A stretch of DNA of 64,000 bases from Hydrolagus colliei. Its lineage: Eukaryota. Positions within the stretch are counted from its first letter, which is position 1. Every line of letters begins with the position of its first letter. The position numbers and the translations under genes were made by a program. This document shows positions 35,969 through 49,620 of this stretch, piece after piece. The notes below the pieces were generated by a model that searched no databases, was not told the DNA's origin, and saw only the letters and a program-made list of their open reading frames with translations. The stretch covers positions 744,001 through 808,000 of the forward strand of contig CM068769.1 of the NCBI GenBank assembly GCA_035084275.1, given 5' to 3'.

Positions 35969-36355
35969 TTATTTTCGTTCTACTAACTCTCTTTTTATTG
36001 CCTCTTTACTGCATGTTATTACACAACCATAAACTACTTTAATTATCAATAGAAATGCCAAAATCCACAATATCCATTCCAGTATTTTAGCTCCCCATCC
36101 TTTACCCAAAGTGCCAATCTAGCAAAACGTTGACCATCCACAACCTCCTTTATTTTTATCAATGTCCCCTGCCTCATCACCTGCTCTCTTAAATTTGTAA
36201 ATTTCGTCTGTAATATTTGATGAATAATCATTTATCCATGTGCAGCATTCTGAACCAATTATTGCACATACTCCTCCCTGTGTTGCCAAAATCATATCTA
36301 ACGCCATCCTATTTTGCATTTTCATTCTTCTGATGGCTTGTTGTTCTTTATTTAA
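35969..36355 (-). pseudogene. env: ERV env transmembrane subunit, 3' part, with one in-frame stop
   Basis: QNRMALDMILATQGGVCAIIGSECC gives the immunosuppressive domain and CX6CC. After TAG (36121-36119) come the TM helix ILEWILWILAFLLIIKVVYGC and a short tail. Confidence 0.9.
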
Positions 36356-36720
36356 CAACAACAATCAACAAACAAAACTTACATTTATATAGCGCCTTTC
36401 ACGTCGAGAGAACATCCCAAGGCGCTGTACAGTCAGGTAGGACAAGAGCAGGGTGGGAAGGATCAGGGCAGGATAACGCTTAGTAGGAAAAGTAACTGTA
36501 TATTAGTGGGCGAAACGTGGCAGCCAAATTGCGCACAGCAGTGTCCCACAATCAGTCACGGGAGTGAGACTATGGGCAAAAGGGGGTAAAGAAGCAAAAG
36601 GGGGAGGGGTCGAGGCAGGGGGAAGAAAGGCAGGAAAGTCGACTGTATACTTGTGGGCGAAACGCGGCAGCCAAATTGCGCACAGCAGTATCTCCACAAA
36701 CAATCGCGAAAATGGGGCCA
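36355..36720 (-). mobile_element. L2-type tail plus two tandem Deu-core SINE fragments truncating the ERV
   Basis: (CAA)n tail, and gggcgaaacg(t/c)ggcagccaaattgcgcacagcagt occurs twice (~36508, ~36656). Confidence 0.7.
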
Positions 36721-39700
36721 GGGGAGAAAGGGGGAAAAGAGGTTAAGGGGGGAGAGGGAGGGAAAGGTGGGATGGGTTAGGGTTAGGGAGGAAGAGGGGG
36801 GAGAAAGGGGGCAAGGAAGAGAGGGAGGGAAAGATGGGTGGGGGCAAGATCAGGAAAGATGGAAGAGGGAGGGAATGGGAAAAGGGAGGAGAGAAAGTGG
36901 GGAAAGGGAGTGAGGGAAGAATAAGATGGGGGCAGGGGTGGGAGGAATCAAACAACAACAACAACCCACAAAAGCAACAATACCAACAACAAAAACAGCA
37001 ACAAACAACAACCAACAATCGTCCAGCAACCACTCCCTGTCCTCGCCGCCCGCCCGGAAGATCCCTGAGATGGCGGGAAAAAAGGGCACAGTGTGGTGTC
37101 AGGCACCAAAACCGACCGGCTCCTCAGTCGGTGAACAGAGATTGGGAGAGCGACACACACACAGAGATTGGGAGAGAGAGACACACACAAAGTGAATGGG
37201 GGAGAGAGAGCCACACACACACACAGAGAGACTGGGAGAGAGAGACACACACATACAAAGACTGCGAGAAAGACACACACACACAGACTGAGAGAGACAC
37301 ACACACCCAGAGAGATAGGGAGAGAGAGACACACACACACAGAGACTGAGAGAGAGAGACATACACACAGAGACTGGGAGAGAGAGACACATACACAGAG
37401 ACTGGGAGAGAGAGACACACACACAGAGACTGGGAGAGAGAGACACACACACACACATACTTGTAGAGAGAGAGAGACACGCACACACACAGACTGGGAG
37501 AGAGAGACACACACATAGAGATTGTGAGAGAGAGACACACACATACAGAGAGAGACTGGGAGAGAAAGAGACACACACATACAGACTGGGAGAGAGAGAC
37601 ACACACACACACAGACTGAGAGAGACACACACACACACAAAGATTGTGAGAGAGAGACACACACACACAGATACTGAGAGCGAGAGACACACAAACAGAG
37701 ACTGGGAGAAAGATAGACACACACACACACAGACATGGAGAGAGAGACACACACACAGACTGGGAGAGAGACATACACACACACAGAGATTGGGAGAGAG
37801 ACGCACACACACAGAGATTGGGAGAGAGAGACACACGCACACACACAGCCTGGGAGAGAGAGACACACACATACACAGACTGTGAGAGAGAGAGTGAGAC
37901 ACACACACAGAGATTGAGAGAGAGAGAGAGACACACACGCAGAGACTGGGAGAGAGAGACACATACGCACACACACAGAATGGGAGAGAGAGACACACAC
38001 ACACTCACAGCCTCGGAGAGAGAGACACACACACACACACACACACACACACCGAAAGACTGGGAGAGAGACACACAGACAGACTGGGAGAGAGAGACAC
38101 ATACTCACACAGAGTGGGAGAGACTGTGGGAAAGAGATATACACACACACAGACTGTGAGAGAGAGACACACACAACGACTGAGAGAGAGAGAGACACAC
38201 ACAGATTGGGAGAGAGACACACTCACACAGACTGGGAGAGAGACACAATCACACAGACTGGGAGGGAGAGAGACACACACACACACAGACTGGGAGAGAG
38301 AGACACACACACACACTCAGAGACTGGGAGAGAGACACACACACAGACTGGCAGAGAGAGACACACACACACAGACTGTGTATGTGGCTCTCTCTCCCAG
38401 TCTCTGTTTGTATGTCTCTCTCGCTCAGTCTCTGTGTGTGTGTGTGTCTCTCTCTCTCTCTCTCTCTCCCAGTCTGTGTGTGTGTGTGTCTCTCTGTATC
38501 CCAGTCTCTGTGTGTATGTCTCTCTCCCTCCCAGCCTGTGTGTGTCTCTCTCTCTCCCAATCTTTGTGTGTGTGTGTGTGTCTCTCAGACTGTGTGTGTG
38601 TGTGTGTGTATTTCTCTGTCTGTGTGTGTGTGTGTCTCTCTCTCCCAGTCTGTGTGTGTCTCTCTCTCTTCCAGTATGCGTGTGTGTCTCTCTCTCTCTC
38701 TCCCAGTCTGTGTGTGTGTGTGTGTGTGTCTCTCTGTATCCCAGTCTCTGTGTGTATGTCTCTCTCCCTCCCAGCCTGTGTGTGTGAGTGTGTGTGTCTC
38801 TCTCTCTCTCCCAATCTGTGTGTGTGTGTGTGTCTCTCTCAGTCTGTGTGTGTGCCTTTCTCTCAGTCTGTATGTGAGTGTGTGTGTGTCTCTCTCTCTC
38901 CCAGTCTCTGTGTGTGCGTGTGTCTCTCTCTCCCAATCTCTCTGTGTGTGAGGCTCTCTCCCAATCTCTGTGTGTGTGTGTGTGTGACTCTCTCTCCCAG
39001 TCTGTATGTGTGTATGTCTCTCTCCCAGTCTGTGTGTGTGTGTCTCTCTCTCCGTCTGTGTGTGCGTCTCTCTCCCAGTCTCTGTGTGTCTGTGTGTGTC
39101 TCTCTCTCCCAGTCTGTGTGTGTGTCTCTCTCTCTCCCAGTCTGTGTGTGTGTCTCTCTCCCAGTCTCTCAGTGTGTATGTGTGTCTCTCTCTCCCAGTC
39201 TGTGTGTGTGTGTGTCTCTCTCCCTCCCAGTCTGTCTGAGTGTGTCCCTCTCCCAATCTGTGTGTGTATGTGTGTGTCTCTCCCAGTCTGTGTGCGTGTG
39301 CGTGTGTCTCTCTCTCTCTCAGTCTTTGTGTGTGTCTCTCTCTCCCAGTCTGTGTGTGCATGTCTCTCTCTCCCAGTCTGTGTGTGTGTCTCTCTCCCAG
39401 TCTTTCTGGTTGCGTGTGTGTCTGTCTCTCNNNNNNNNNNNNNNNNNNNNNNNNNNNNNNNNNNNNNNNNNNNNNNNNNNNNNNNNNNNNNNNNNNNNNN
39501 NNNNNNNNNNNNNNNNNNNNNNNNNNNNNNNNNNNNNNNNNNNNNNNNNNNNNNNNNNNNNNNNNNTCCCAGTCTGTGTATGTGTGTGTGTCTCTCTCTC
39601 CCAGGCTGTGTGTGTGTGTCTCTCTGGCCCGGTCTGTGTGTATGTCTCTCTCTCCCAGTCTGTGTGTCTGTGTCTCTCTCTCGCAGTCTGTCTGTCTCTC

Positions 39701-42700
39701 TCCCCGTCTGTGTGTGTGTGTGTGTCTCTCTCTCTCCCCCAGTCTGTGTGTGTGTGTATCTCTCTCCAAATCTCTGTGTGTGTATGTGTGTATCTCTCTT
39801 TCCCAGTCTCTGTGTGTGTGTCTCTCTTTCCCAGTCTGTGTGTGCGTGTCTCTCTCTCCCAGTCTGCGTGTCTCTCTCTCCCAGTCTGTGTGTGTGTGTC
39901 TCTCTCTCTCTCCCAGTCTGTGTGTGTGTCTCTCTCTCTCAGTCTGTGAGTGTGTGTTTCTATCTCTCCCAGGCTCTCTCTGTGTGTGTGTGTCTCTGTC
40001 TCCCTGTCTCTGTGTGTGTGTCTCTCTCCCTCTCAGTCTGTGTGTGTGTGTGTGTGTGTGTCTCTCTCTCTCTCCCAATCAGTGTGTGTGTGTGTGTGTG
40101 TCTCTCAGTCTGTTTGTTTGTGTCTTTCCCTCAGTGTGTGTGTGAATGTGTGTGTGCCTCTCTGTCAGCCAGTCTCTGTGTGTGTGTGTGTCTCTCTCCC
40201 AATCTCTGTGTGTGTGCGTCTCTCTCCCAATCTCTGTGTGTGTGTGTGTCACTCTCCCAGTCTGTGTGTGTGTGTGTGTCTCTCTCCCTGTCTGTGTGTT
40301 TGTTTGTCTCTTTTTCTCCCAGTCTCTCCCAGTCTGTGTGTGTGTGTGTCTCTCTCAGTCTATGTGTGTGTCTCTCTCTGTCTGTTTGTGTGTGTGTGTG
40401 TCTCTCTCTCTCTCAGTATGTGTGTGTGTGTGTGTCTCTCTCTCGCAGTCTCTGTTTGTGTGTCTACCTCTCCCAGCCTCTGTTTGTGTGTCTCTCTCTC
40501 TCAGTATCTGTGTGTGTGGCTCTCTCTCCCAAGAGAGAGAGACACGCACACACACAGACTGGGAGAGAGCGACACACACACAGAGATTGGTGGAGAGAGA
40601 GACACACATACAGAGAGAGACTGGGAGAGAGACACACACACATACAGAGACTGGGAAAGAGAGATACACACATAAACACACAGAGACTGAGAGAGAGATA
40701 CACACACACACAGACTGGGGGAGGGAGAGACACACACACTCACACAGACGGGGAGAGAGACAGACAGACTGGGAGAGAGAGACACAGACACACAGACTGG
40801 GAGAGAGAGACACACACACAGACTCGGACAGAGAGACACACACACACAGCCTGGGAGAGAGAGACACACACATACACAGACTGGAAGAGAGAGTGAGACA
40901 CACACACACAGACTGGGAGAGAGAGACACACACACTCACAGCCTGGGAGAGAGAGACACACACACACACACAGAAAGACTGGGAGAGAGACACACACAGA
41001 GACTGGGAGGGAGAGAGACACAGACACACACAGACTGGGAGAGAGAGAGACACACACACTCAGAGACTCGGAGAGAGAGACACACACACACAGACTGCGA
41101 GAGAGTGACACACACACACAGACTGCGAGAGAGAGAGACACACACACAGACTGGGAGAGAGACACACACACACACACAGATTGGGAGAGAGAGACACACA
41201 CAGAGAGATTGAGAGAGAGAGACACACGCACACACAGACACTGGGAGAGAGAGACACACTCACATACAGACTGAGAGAAAGACACACACACAGACTGAGA
41301 GAGACACACACACACACACAGATTGGGAGAGAGAGAGAGAGACACACACACACAGACTGGGAGGGAGAGAGACACACACACATAGACTGGGATACAGAGA
41401 CACACACACACACACACACAGACTGGGAGAGAGAGACACACACACACACACACACAGACTGGGAGAGAGAGAGAGAGACTCACACGCAGACTGGGAGAGA
41501 GAGATACACACACACACAGACTGGGAGAGGGAGAAACACAGACTGGGAGAGAGAGACACACACAGACTGAGAGCGAGAGACACGCACACACACAGAATGG
41601 GAGAGAGAGACACACACACACACAGAATGGGAGAGAGAGACACACACACAGACAGGGAGAGAGAGAGACACACACACACATACACACAGAGACTGGGAGA
41701 GAGATACACACACACAGAGACTGGGGGAGAGAGGGATACACGCAGAGAGACGGGGAGAGAGTCAGACAGACTGAGAGAGAGAGACACAGAGACACAGACA
41801 CACAGACTGGGAGAGAGAGACACGCACACACAGACTGGGAGAGAGACAGACACACACACACACACTGACTGGGAGAGACACACACACACAGATTGGGAGA
41901 GAGACACACATACAGACTGGGAAGGAGAGAGACACACACACACAGACTGGGAGAGAGAGAGACACACACACACTCAGCGACTCGGAGAGAGACACACATA
42001 CAGACTGTGAGAGAGAGTCACACAAACACAGACTGCGAGAGAGAGACACACACACAGAGACTGGGAGAGACACACACACACATAGACTGGGAGAGAGAGA
42101 CACACACACACACACAGAGATTGGGAGAGAGAGACACACACACAAATACTCACAGAGACTGGGAGATAGATACACACACAGAGAGACTGGGGGAGAGAGG
42201 GACACACGCAGAGACACGAGGAGAGAGACAGACAGACTAGGAGAGTGAGACACACACTTACAGACTGGGAGAGAGAGACACGCACACACAGACTGGGAGA
42301 GAGAGACACACACTCACACAGAGTGGGAGAGACTGTGGGAAAGAGAGAGAGACACATACACAGACTGGGAGATAGAGAGACACACAGACTGAGAGAGAGA
42401 GAAACACACACACAGACTGGGAGAGACACACACACACACAGATTGGGAGAGAGAGATAGACACACACACACAGACTGGGAAGGAGAGAGACACACACAGA
42501 GACTGGGATACAGACACACACACACATACTGAGAGAGAGAGAGATACACACACACAGAGTGGGAGAGAGAGACACACACAGACTGGGAGAGAGAGACACA
42601 CAGACTGGGAGAGAGAAAGACACACACACACACAGACTGTGAGAGAGAGACACACACACACACACACACGGAGACTGGGAGAGAGAGAGACACCCACACA

Positions 42701-42716
42701 TGCACACACACAGACT

Positions 42717-44485
42717 ACAACAACAACAACAAATTACACTTAACAAGCGCCTTTCACGTCTGGAGGACGTCCCAGGGCGCTGCACAGGAGGCGTGTAACC
42801 CGAGCTGGGAGGGGAGTGTAAGCGAAGGGGTGAAACACGTTGGGGAGGTCGAAGAATTCTGGGTGGAACAAAAGGCACAGTCAAAGAGGAAAGTCTTCAA
42901 ACCGGTCTTGAAAGAGGAACAGGAAGAAACGAGACGGACTGATTGGGGGATGGAATTCCATAGGGTGGGAGCAGAAAATCTGAAGGCCCGCCCTCCAATG
43001 GTGGGGCGGTTCGGGCGGGGGCATTGGAGCAGGCCAAGTCCTGCTGAACAGAGGGTCCGGGTGGGCTTGTAGGGGGAGAGTAAGTTGGTTAAATAGGGCG
43101 GGGCAAGGCCGTGTAAGGTCTTGAAGGTGAGGACGAGGATCTTTAACTTGAGGCCTCCGGTGATCACCAGATCTAGTGGATGGCCTTTGAAGCCTCGGGT
43201 GGTCACCAGATCTAGTGGATGGCCGTGGATGGCGATCAGTGGAGGCGTAAAGGGAGGTTAAAAGTGAAGAAAAGTCTGAAATGAAAGTGAGGGAGGGTTT
43301 GGGGGGGCGATAAACTAATGGGATTTTGAAGGAATGATGGGAGTAGTGAGAAAGAGTGAACTGTTCAAAAGAGGGGAAGGAACCGGAGGAGTAGGGGGAT
43401 AGGGCGAGGGAAGTCTTTGAAATGAAGGCCACACCACCGCCACGACGGTTGGGTCGAGGGGAGGGTGGAATGTATGGTTGGGTGGTGTGGCTTCAACGAG
43501 GGGGAAAGTGTCGCCAATGGTGATCCAAGTCTCCGTCATGGCCATGATGTCAACGCTCTCATCAAGAATGAGATCGTTGATGGCCAGGGTCTTGTTGCAG
43601 ACAGAGCGGACATTTTGGAGGCCGATGCGGAAAGAGCAATTGGGGGTGGGGTGTTGAGGGGGGGGGGGGGGGGGGGGGGCTGGGATGGTCGGCGGGAGGA
43701 TGGGGATCTGGATAAGGGAGGAAAAGTTGACCCACCGGGTCTGTGTCCGTTGGGGCTGGCGGTGATGGTGGGGGACAGGGCACTTGGTGTGGCTGCTGTT
43801 GGACAGCCAACGCCGAGTGCCACGATGAGCCCGACGGAGAACTGCAAAACTGGAACAGAGGGAAGCGGTGGGAGGGTCGAGCAGGGACAGTAGGCGAGGA
43901 GGGTGAAGAGAAAGAAGGGTAGAGAAGGAATAACGGAGTTGGGGGAGAAACTTGAGGAGGGGGAGGGAAGCACGGGTCATGGCGGCAGCCATATTGCCCA
44001 CGCGGGAGACCAGGAGGGAGGGATCAATGGGGCGGCATCATCCCAAGGGATGTGAGGCCGCGGCTGGGGGATGCAGAGGCGCTGTGGTCTGGAGCCTGGC
44101 CGGAACTGAGGCCGAGGCTGGGGCTGTGGGTTTCAGGTCCAATTGCCGGGGCTGCGTGGACCCGGGCAATGGGTCGCCGGGTCGAGGCTGGAGCCGGGAC
44201 CGGGGCCGTGAGTCTCGTGGCTGTGGGTCTTGGAGCCGGGGCTGCGGGTCACGGAGCTGTTGGTCACGGGGCTGGAGCCAGGGATGCGGGTCCTGGGGCT
44301 GTGAGTCTCGGGGCTGGAGCCGGGGCCGTGGGTCCTTGTCCTGTGGCTGGGGCCGGGGTTGCGGGTCCTGGGGCTTTGGGTCTCGGGGCTGGAGCCAGGT
44401 CGAGCAATCACTGCCATGTGGACTTCCCAATCTCATGCTGCACAGAGACAGCTCTAGACCTGTGTGTCCCACTCGCCGCCATTTT
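42717..44485 (-). mobile_element. Internally deleted sister copy of the 29.9-33.9 kb L2
   Basis: Colinear with both ends of the long copy but lacks ~1.95 kb including the RT. ORF 43315-44001 shows the EN start (FRIGLQNVRS...MAMTETW). Confidence 0.9.
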
Positions 44486-44834
44486 GCTCCATACCATAGA
44501 GTGATTGTAACCAGCAGACATTTAGAAATACACATCGCTAAAAGCAGAGTTCCTGACAGAGTGAGGGGCGTGGGTATGTGTTTGAGGTGGGGTTGTTATG
44601 GAGAATAACGCGAGACACATATACATGAAAACGCACAGACGCAAGTAATAGAGGCAGGGATACTTCAGATCGAGAGAGACATGCATAGATAGATTCACAC
44701 TGAGAAGCAAATGTAGACAGAGACACAGAGAGTTGCACTCATAGGCACAGGATACAAAGAGATAACACATAGATACACGAGAGAGATGCACAGATATGTG
44801 CATTCAAACAGAAACAGAAACTCCCACAGACGTG

Positions 44835-45240
44835 CTTGCGACACACAGCCCGAGACAGGCAGTGCATAAAGTATAGAGGAGGGGTGTGGGGATGTCCTCC
44901 CTTCTGCAACGTTCGGCACGGACAAAATGCAAGGCGTTTTCATTGAACATCTGAAGTGCGGGCTTTTGCTCTGCATCCGCCACATTGTTTGTACAGAATG
45001 ACAGCAAACTAGGCGCTGAGATATATAACTATAGAGGAATGCAAAGCTGAACTCACAGTGTTTTCTTACTCTCAGCTGCTGACAGTCACAGCTCGAAAAC
45101 AAAGTGCAAAAATAACATGGAAATGAAACACAGCTAAAATATACCTTAAACGTACAGCAACGGGATAAACAGGACTAGTTTGTTTCTCTGACTATTGGAC
45201 AGTTTAGAATGCAGAATTATAAATCCAGTAATTTCAGCCG
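44835..45240 (-). repeat. Unclassified ~400-bp dispersed repeat, copy a (others at 59640-59965 and 61445-61840, plus strand)
   Basis: Shared colinear blocks gctgtgactgtcag, tctg(c/t)acaaacaa and ctgcctgtctcgggctgtgtgt. Confidence 0.7.
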
Positions 45241-47554
45241 TAAAGTCATTTATTGAGCTCCTTGGATAACCAGAATCAGGGCGTTATCCACAAAACAGGG
45301 AACTACCGACTGTAACGTTGGCAACAGGAAAAACAGCGGCGTAACAAACAATTTCCTGTGGGCCCCAGTGAGTTTCATTAACCTGTAGCTGACTGGAACA
45401 AAGTGAAATATACTAGCAGCCAGTGAAATCAATGCAGAGACTTACTCACACACACCCAGACAGTCAGGGATACACAAAGACCGAGTGACATGAACGCAGA
45501 CGCAAAAATATCATTGTGTATCAAGCTCACTTGTGTAATATTAATCAGGGTGTTACCCAAACAGCTCGAAATTGCAGATTATGTCCTTATCTTCTTAGCA
45601 AAATACCCAGAAAAGGGCTAGCACATGTATGGGTAAAACGACATTTGGATACTGCTCAAGGATACTGAGGCCACGTAAAGCTTGTTCTGAGACAGCACCT
45701 CCATGTCTCAACAAACGCAGACAACAACGGATTCGATCAACGGATGGCATCTCAGAGCGCTTCAAATACACAGATACCCACACGCATATACACATAACAA
45801 AATGCACACATTTGAGACAGAGAGAGAGAGGGAGGGGGAGAGAGAGAATCGTAGGAGAATAAAGTGGGAGGGAGTCACAGTTACACAGTGAGAAATATAT
45901 ACTGGCATAAATGTACATGTGCATGGAGAGATAAATAGAGAACCACACATATGGAAATCAATACATAGAGACAGAGATATACACACAACTGTATGAGCAC
46001 AGTAAGTTAGATAGTGATAAATGTGAAAGAATATAAAGAGAGTGGTAGCGAGAGAAGGATCCAGGCAGAGAGATGTACTCACACACACAATGACTAACAT
46101 GCACATCCAGTCATACATACGGAGTGGTAGGGATACACATACAGATATATAAAAACACAGACACAATGACACTCCTGGAAAGAGAAGGCACACACATACC
46201 TGCAAACAAAGATGCAAAAGAAAAACCTTATATATACAAAAATAGAGGCAGTTACACACATATTCAGGATTTTTTTATACAAACAGTCACCAATAGATAC
46301 AAACACAAATACTCAGCAGCAGATTGATAGTCAGAGAGAAACATAAAGACATGGTGATTTTCAATGACACACACAAATTTAGAATTAAATACACAGACAC
46401 ATAGAGAGCGATTGACACAGACAGACATAACGGAATACTTAGGAACAGAGAACTAATGACAGACAGAGTGTACAGACAAACACAAATATACACACAGATG
46501 CATATCACGGAGAGATAGGGACACACCATGACAAAGAGAGAGAGTCAAACGCAGACACATGCAGATATATACATACACTCTCATAAAAACAGAGGGAAAG
46601 TCAGAGACACAGCGAGATACACAGCCAAGCACAGTTTGATGGAGAGTTTTAGTAGATATGCATGTAGACAATACGGCAGAGAGAGAGAGATAAAGATCCA
46701 CATAGAGAAAATACTTGAAGTTAAATAGTGTATAATCACATTCTCCGCAACACTAAAAATGGTTGTCACAGGCCGGGTACCGCATGATGTCTGCTCCAGC
46801 CACCGAGGCCTATTAAACCAGAATGCACGCTAGCACATCCATATCTTCACATACACGCATCGACACAAAAAACAATTAGGCGCACACATAAACATAGGTG
46901 CACACAGAGATACTGTCAACACACATAAATGCAAGTGTATGACCAAATGGGAACTGTGGTCCATCAATTGATTTACAACCTGGCTCCAACTTACTGCTAT
47001 GTAAAGAATGATGTGAAGAGAGAGAGATGAATAGAAATACTCAGTCAGAAGCAATGCGGTAGTGAGAGAGATACAGAGATGCATAGTGACAGAGATATAT
47101 ACAAAGAAACACACATATAGAGATTGCTACACAGAAACACTTGGATAGTTTGACACTGGCAGATGTAGGAAAATACAGCCAGATATAAACAAGGAGAGAC
47201 AAACGCACAGAGCAATATACACACGTGCACTTGCAGAGAGCGAGAGATACACAAGTTTACATATACCCAGATACAGGAGAGAGATACACATATATGATCA
47301 CCGACAGATACAGAGACCACACACATACTGGGAGATTGACAGGTATGTAGGTGTGCGGGAGTGCAGGCAGGCATGCAGAGAGGCAGCAAACTCGAAGTTT
47401 ACTCTCGTCACTGAAGCCTGGTAACGTCTGGTGCATGGAAGCACATCCACATTTCCCCGCCACATCTATGCCCCCACCCAACTCCACCCGCTCACCCACA
47501 CACACAGACACCCCCCCCCCCCCCATTCATATGCACAACAGAATGAAACAACAA

Positions 47555-48300
47555 CAATAAAAATACATTGGTAAAGCACCGTTCAAGTGGGGACCATTTT
47601 CACTGGCGCTAGACAGTCAGTGTTTCAGACTGGAGGAATTGTCGGGATAGGGTAGATTGGAGGAAATGGAACGCGATTTGAGATGAAGGATGGGAACGTC
47701 GAAGAGGAGGGCCTGGGGCCTTACTTGAAGTAGGCCAGCGAGACGACGAAGCCCAGGGATTTCAAAATTGAATTGTAGAGGTTGGAGGTAGTCCAGCTGA
47801 AGCCTCGCCTGCCGATAGTGGAGTGGCTGGATCGGGTGTCATGGAGCAAAGCAGAGACCCCTGAGTGGGTAGTGGGCAGGTTGGTAGACGGCTGGTTGGT
47901 CGTAGAGATAAGGTGGAGCAAAGCCATGGAAGACGTTAAAGAGGTGAACTAGGATCTATAATTGAATCCTTTGGGTGATGTGGAAGAAATGCTGTTAGGT
48001 GAAAATGGGGGAGAAGGATTCCAGAGATTGTTTTGTGGAACACTTTGTGTAAAGATCTGGAAGATCTTTTGTCTATGGAGGATGGGATTGGGAAAGCTGT
48101 CAGCAGGTTATGGGCTTAATTTCTACTGTTCGTATATCTTGAACCTGAGGGCTGAGATAGTGGCGCGGTTAGGCAAAGCTGCGGATTTGAGGAAAGGCAG
48201 AGTGTGTCATGGTTTGGATGTGGGGTAGTAAACACAGTTGAAGATCGATGATGACACCAAGTTTCCTGACTGGCTTCTGACGTGTAGTTTCCAAACATGG
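47555..48300 (-). mobile_element. Old L2 fragment (RT C-terminus and 3' region)
   Basis: Remnant VRKLGVIIDLQL motif and an L2-type tail near 47555. Confidence 0.6.
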
Positions 48301-49471
48301 AGGCTTACAATGCCTAATTCTTGAAGGCGCACACAACATTAAACCTCTCCGAATTTCTCTCCAGCATGCTGCTGATGCTTGGAAAATAGATTACATGTAA
48401 GAGCAGCTGATTGCATTCAGCCAAAATGTTACATGAAGAATTCCAGGAGACTAGAATCCTTTAGCTCAGTGTTTAGAACATAAACTTTGCAAGCGATAGA
48501 TATCAGCTTAATTCTAAGCAGAGCGAAATGTTGAATCAATTTCTTCACTCCATATACAACCATCTGTTCAGCCGACTGGAAGATCTTGATTCTATTGCGA
48601 ATATTTGCTTCAAAAAGATTGTAAAAATGGTCATTCATTCCATGAGAGACGTTGCGATGTTGTAGCTACTTTTCGCCCAACAACATATATAGTGAATCCA
48701 CTTAATATTAAATTATTTAAAGTACTTTGAGAGATCTGGAAGACGCGACGAATTCCTATATTAAATGCACGGATTATTACTGACTTATCGAAATACAGGA
48801 TCCTAACACACTTGGCTTTTAAGATAATTCCCAATAACTGTATTTTAAGGAAATCGCACATATGGTTAATTGAATTTTCCTACTGAGTATTCTCGATAGT
48901 CTGCATTGCAGAGACTGCCAGCGGAAAGGGAGTTCCTCTCTCTCAGTTTCCTGGCCGACAATTTTCCAGATAAAATCCTCAAATGTTTATTTGTGCAAAA
49001 TTGCCTGAGCGAAATGAAAAGCGTGGCGAAATTTGCGAAAATTGCTAATATTTTGGATATGCCTACAGAGGAATTTTGTACAATTTTTTGGAGCCAGCGG
49101 TTTCCATGTCCCAGGAAGAAGCCTGTTTCCCCCCCATCAACAATAGAAGGAAAATACGATCAGCAACAGACTGGGATGCTGGAGGTACTGCCATCAGGCC
49201 CGGGATTAATAAACGAGACATCAATAACCAATATTAGCACCAAGCAACACTGCCACACTGATAAGAGACACAGCTGCAATTTTGAGCGAATAGTCATACA
49301 GCACACGTTTGAAGGGTTGCAATCTGTACTGTCTTTTAACGAGATTGCGACTAACTTGCAAAGAGTACAAACGTACATGGAAGTCGTAGTCAGGAATCAG
49401 AACCAAATTGACAAGAAAGCCTCCAAGGCAGATGTGTGCAGCACGTCAATAAGCAAACTCTGTTTCGACTG

Positions 49472-49620
49472 GTGGGCGAATCTGACTCATGGTCACAGAT
49501 TTAAAATAGTTTCAAAAAGAAGCAGTGGGGAGATGAGGATCATTTTTTTCACTCAGCGGGTTGTTCGATTCTGTAATCCATTGCCTGAGTGGGATTGAGT
49601 TGCTCTTTTCAAATGCCCTC
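49472..49620 (+). mobile_element. Short CR1 3' fragment with an internal deletion
   Basis: gggcgaatctgactcatggtcacagatttaaaatagtttca matches the other CR1 copies. Confidence 0.8.

Larger units (their letters stand above)
34105..42716. repeat. Compound (GA)n-(CA)n-GACTGG satellite with ~25-30 bp units, interrupted by ERV/SINE sequence (35174-37135) and gaps; 38378-40530 is inverted
   Basis: Units such as gactgggagagagagacacacacaca, read directly. Strand polarity flips at ~38378 and ~40530. Confidence 0.95.

Noticed and set aside
34105-42716. Very long ORFs (CVCVSLS or RERHTHT repeats, up to 672 aa)
   Set aside because: Translation artefacts of stop-poor CA/GA satellite. Several run through N gaps.
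45250-45450. Exon-like island as DAD1 or a TCR constant/TM exon
   Set aside because: No frame resembles DAD1 or the TCR TM motif with its charged residues.
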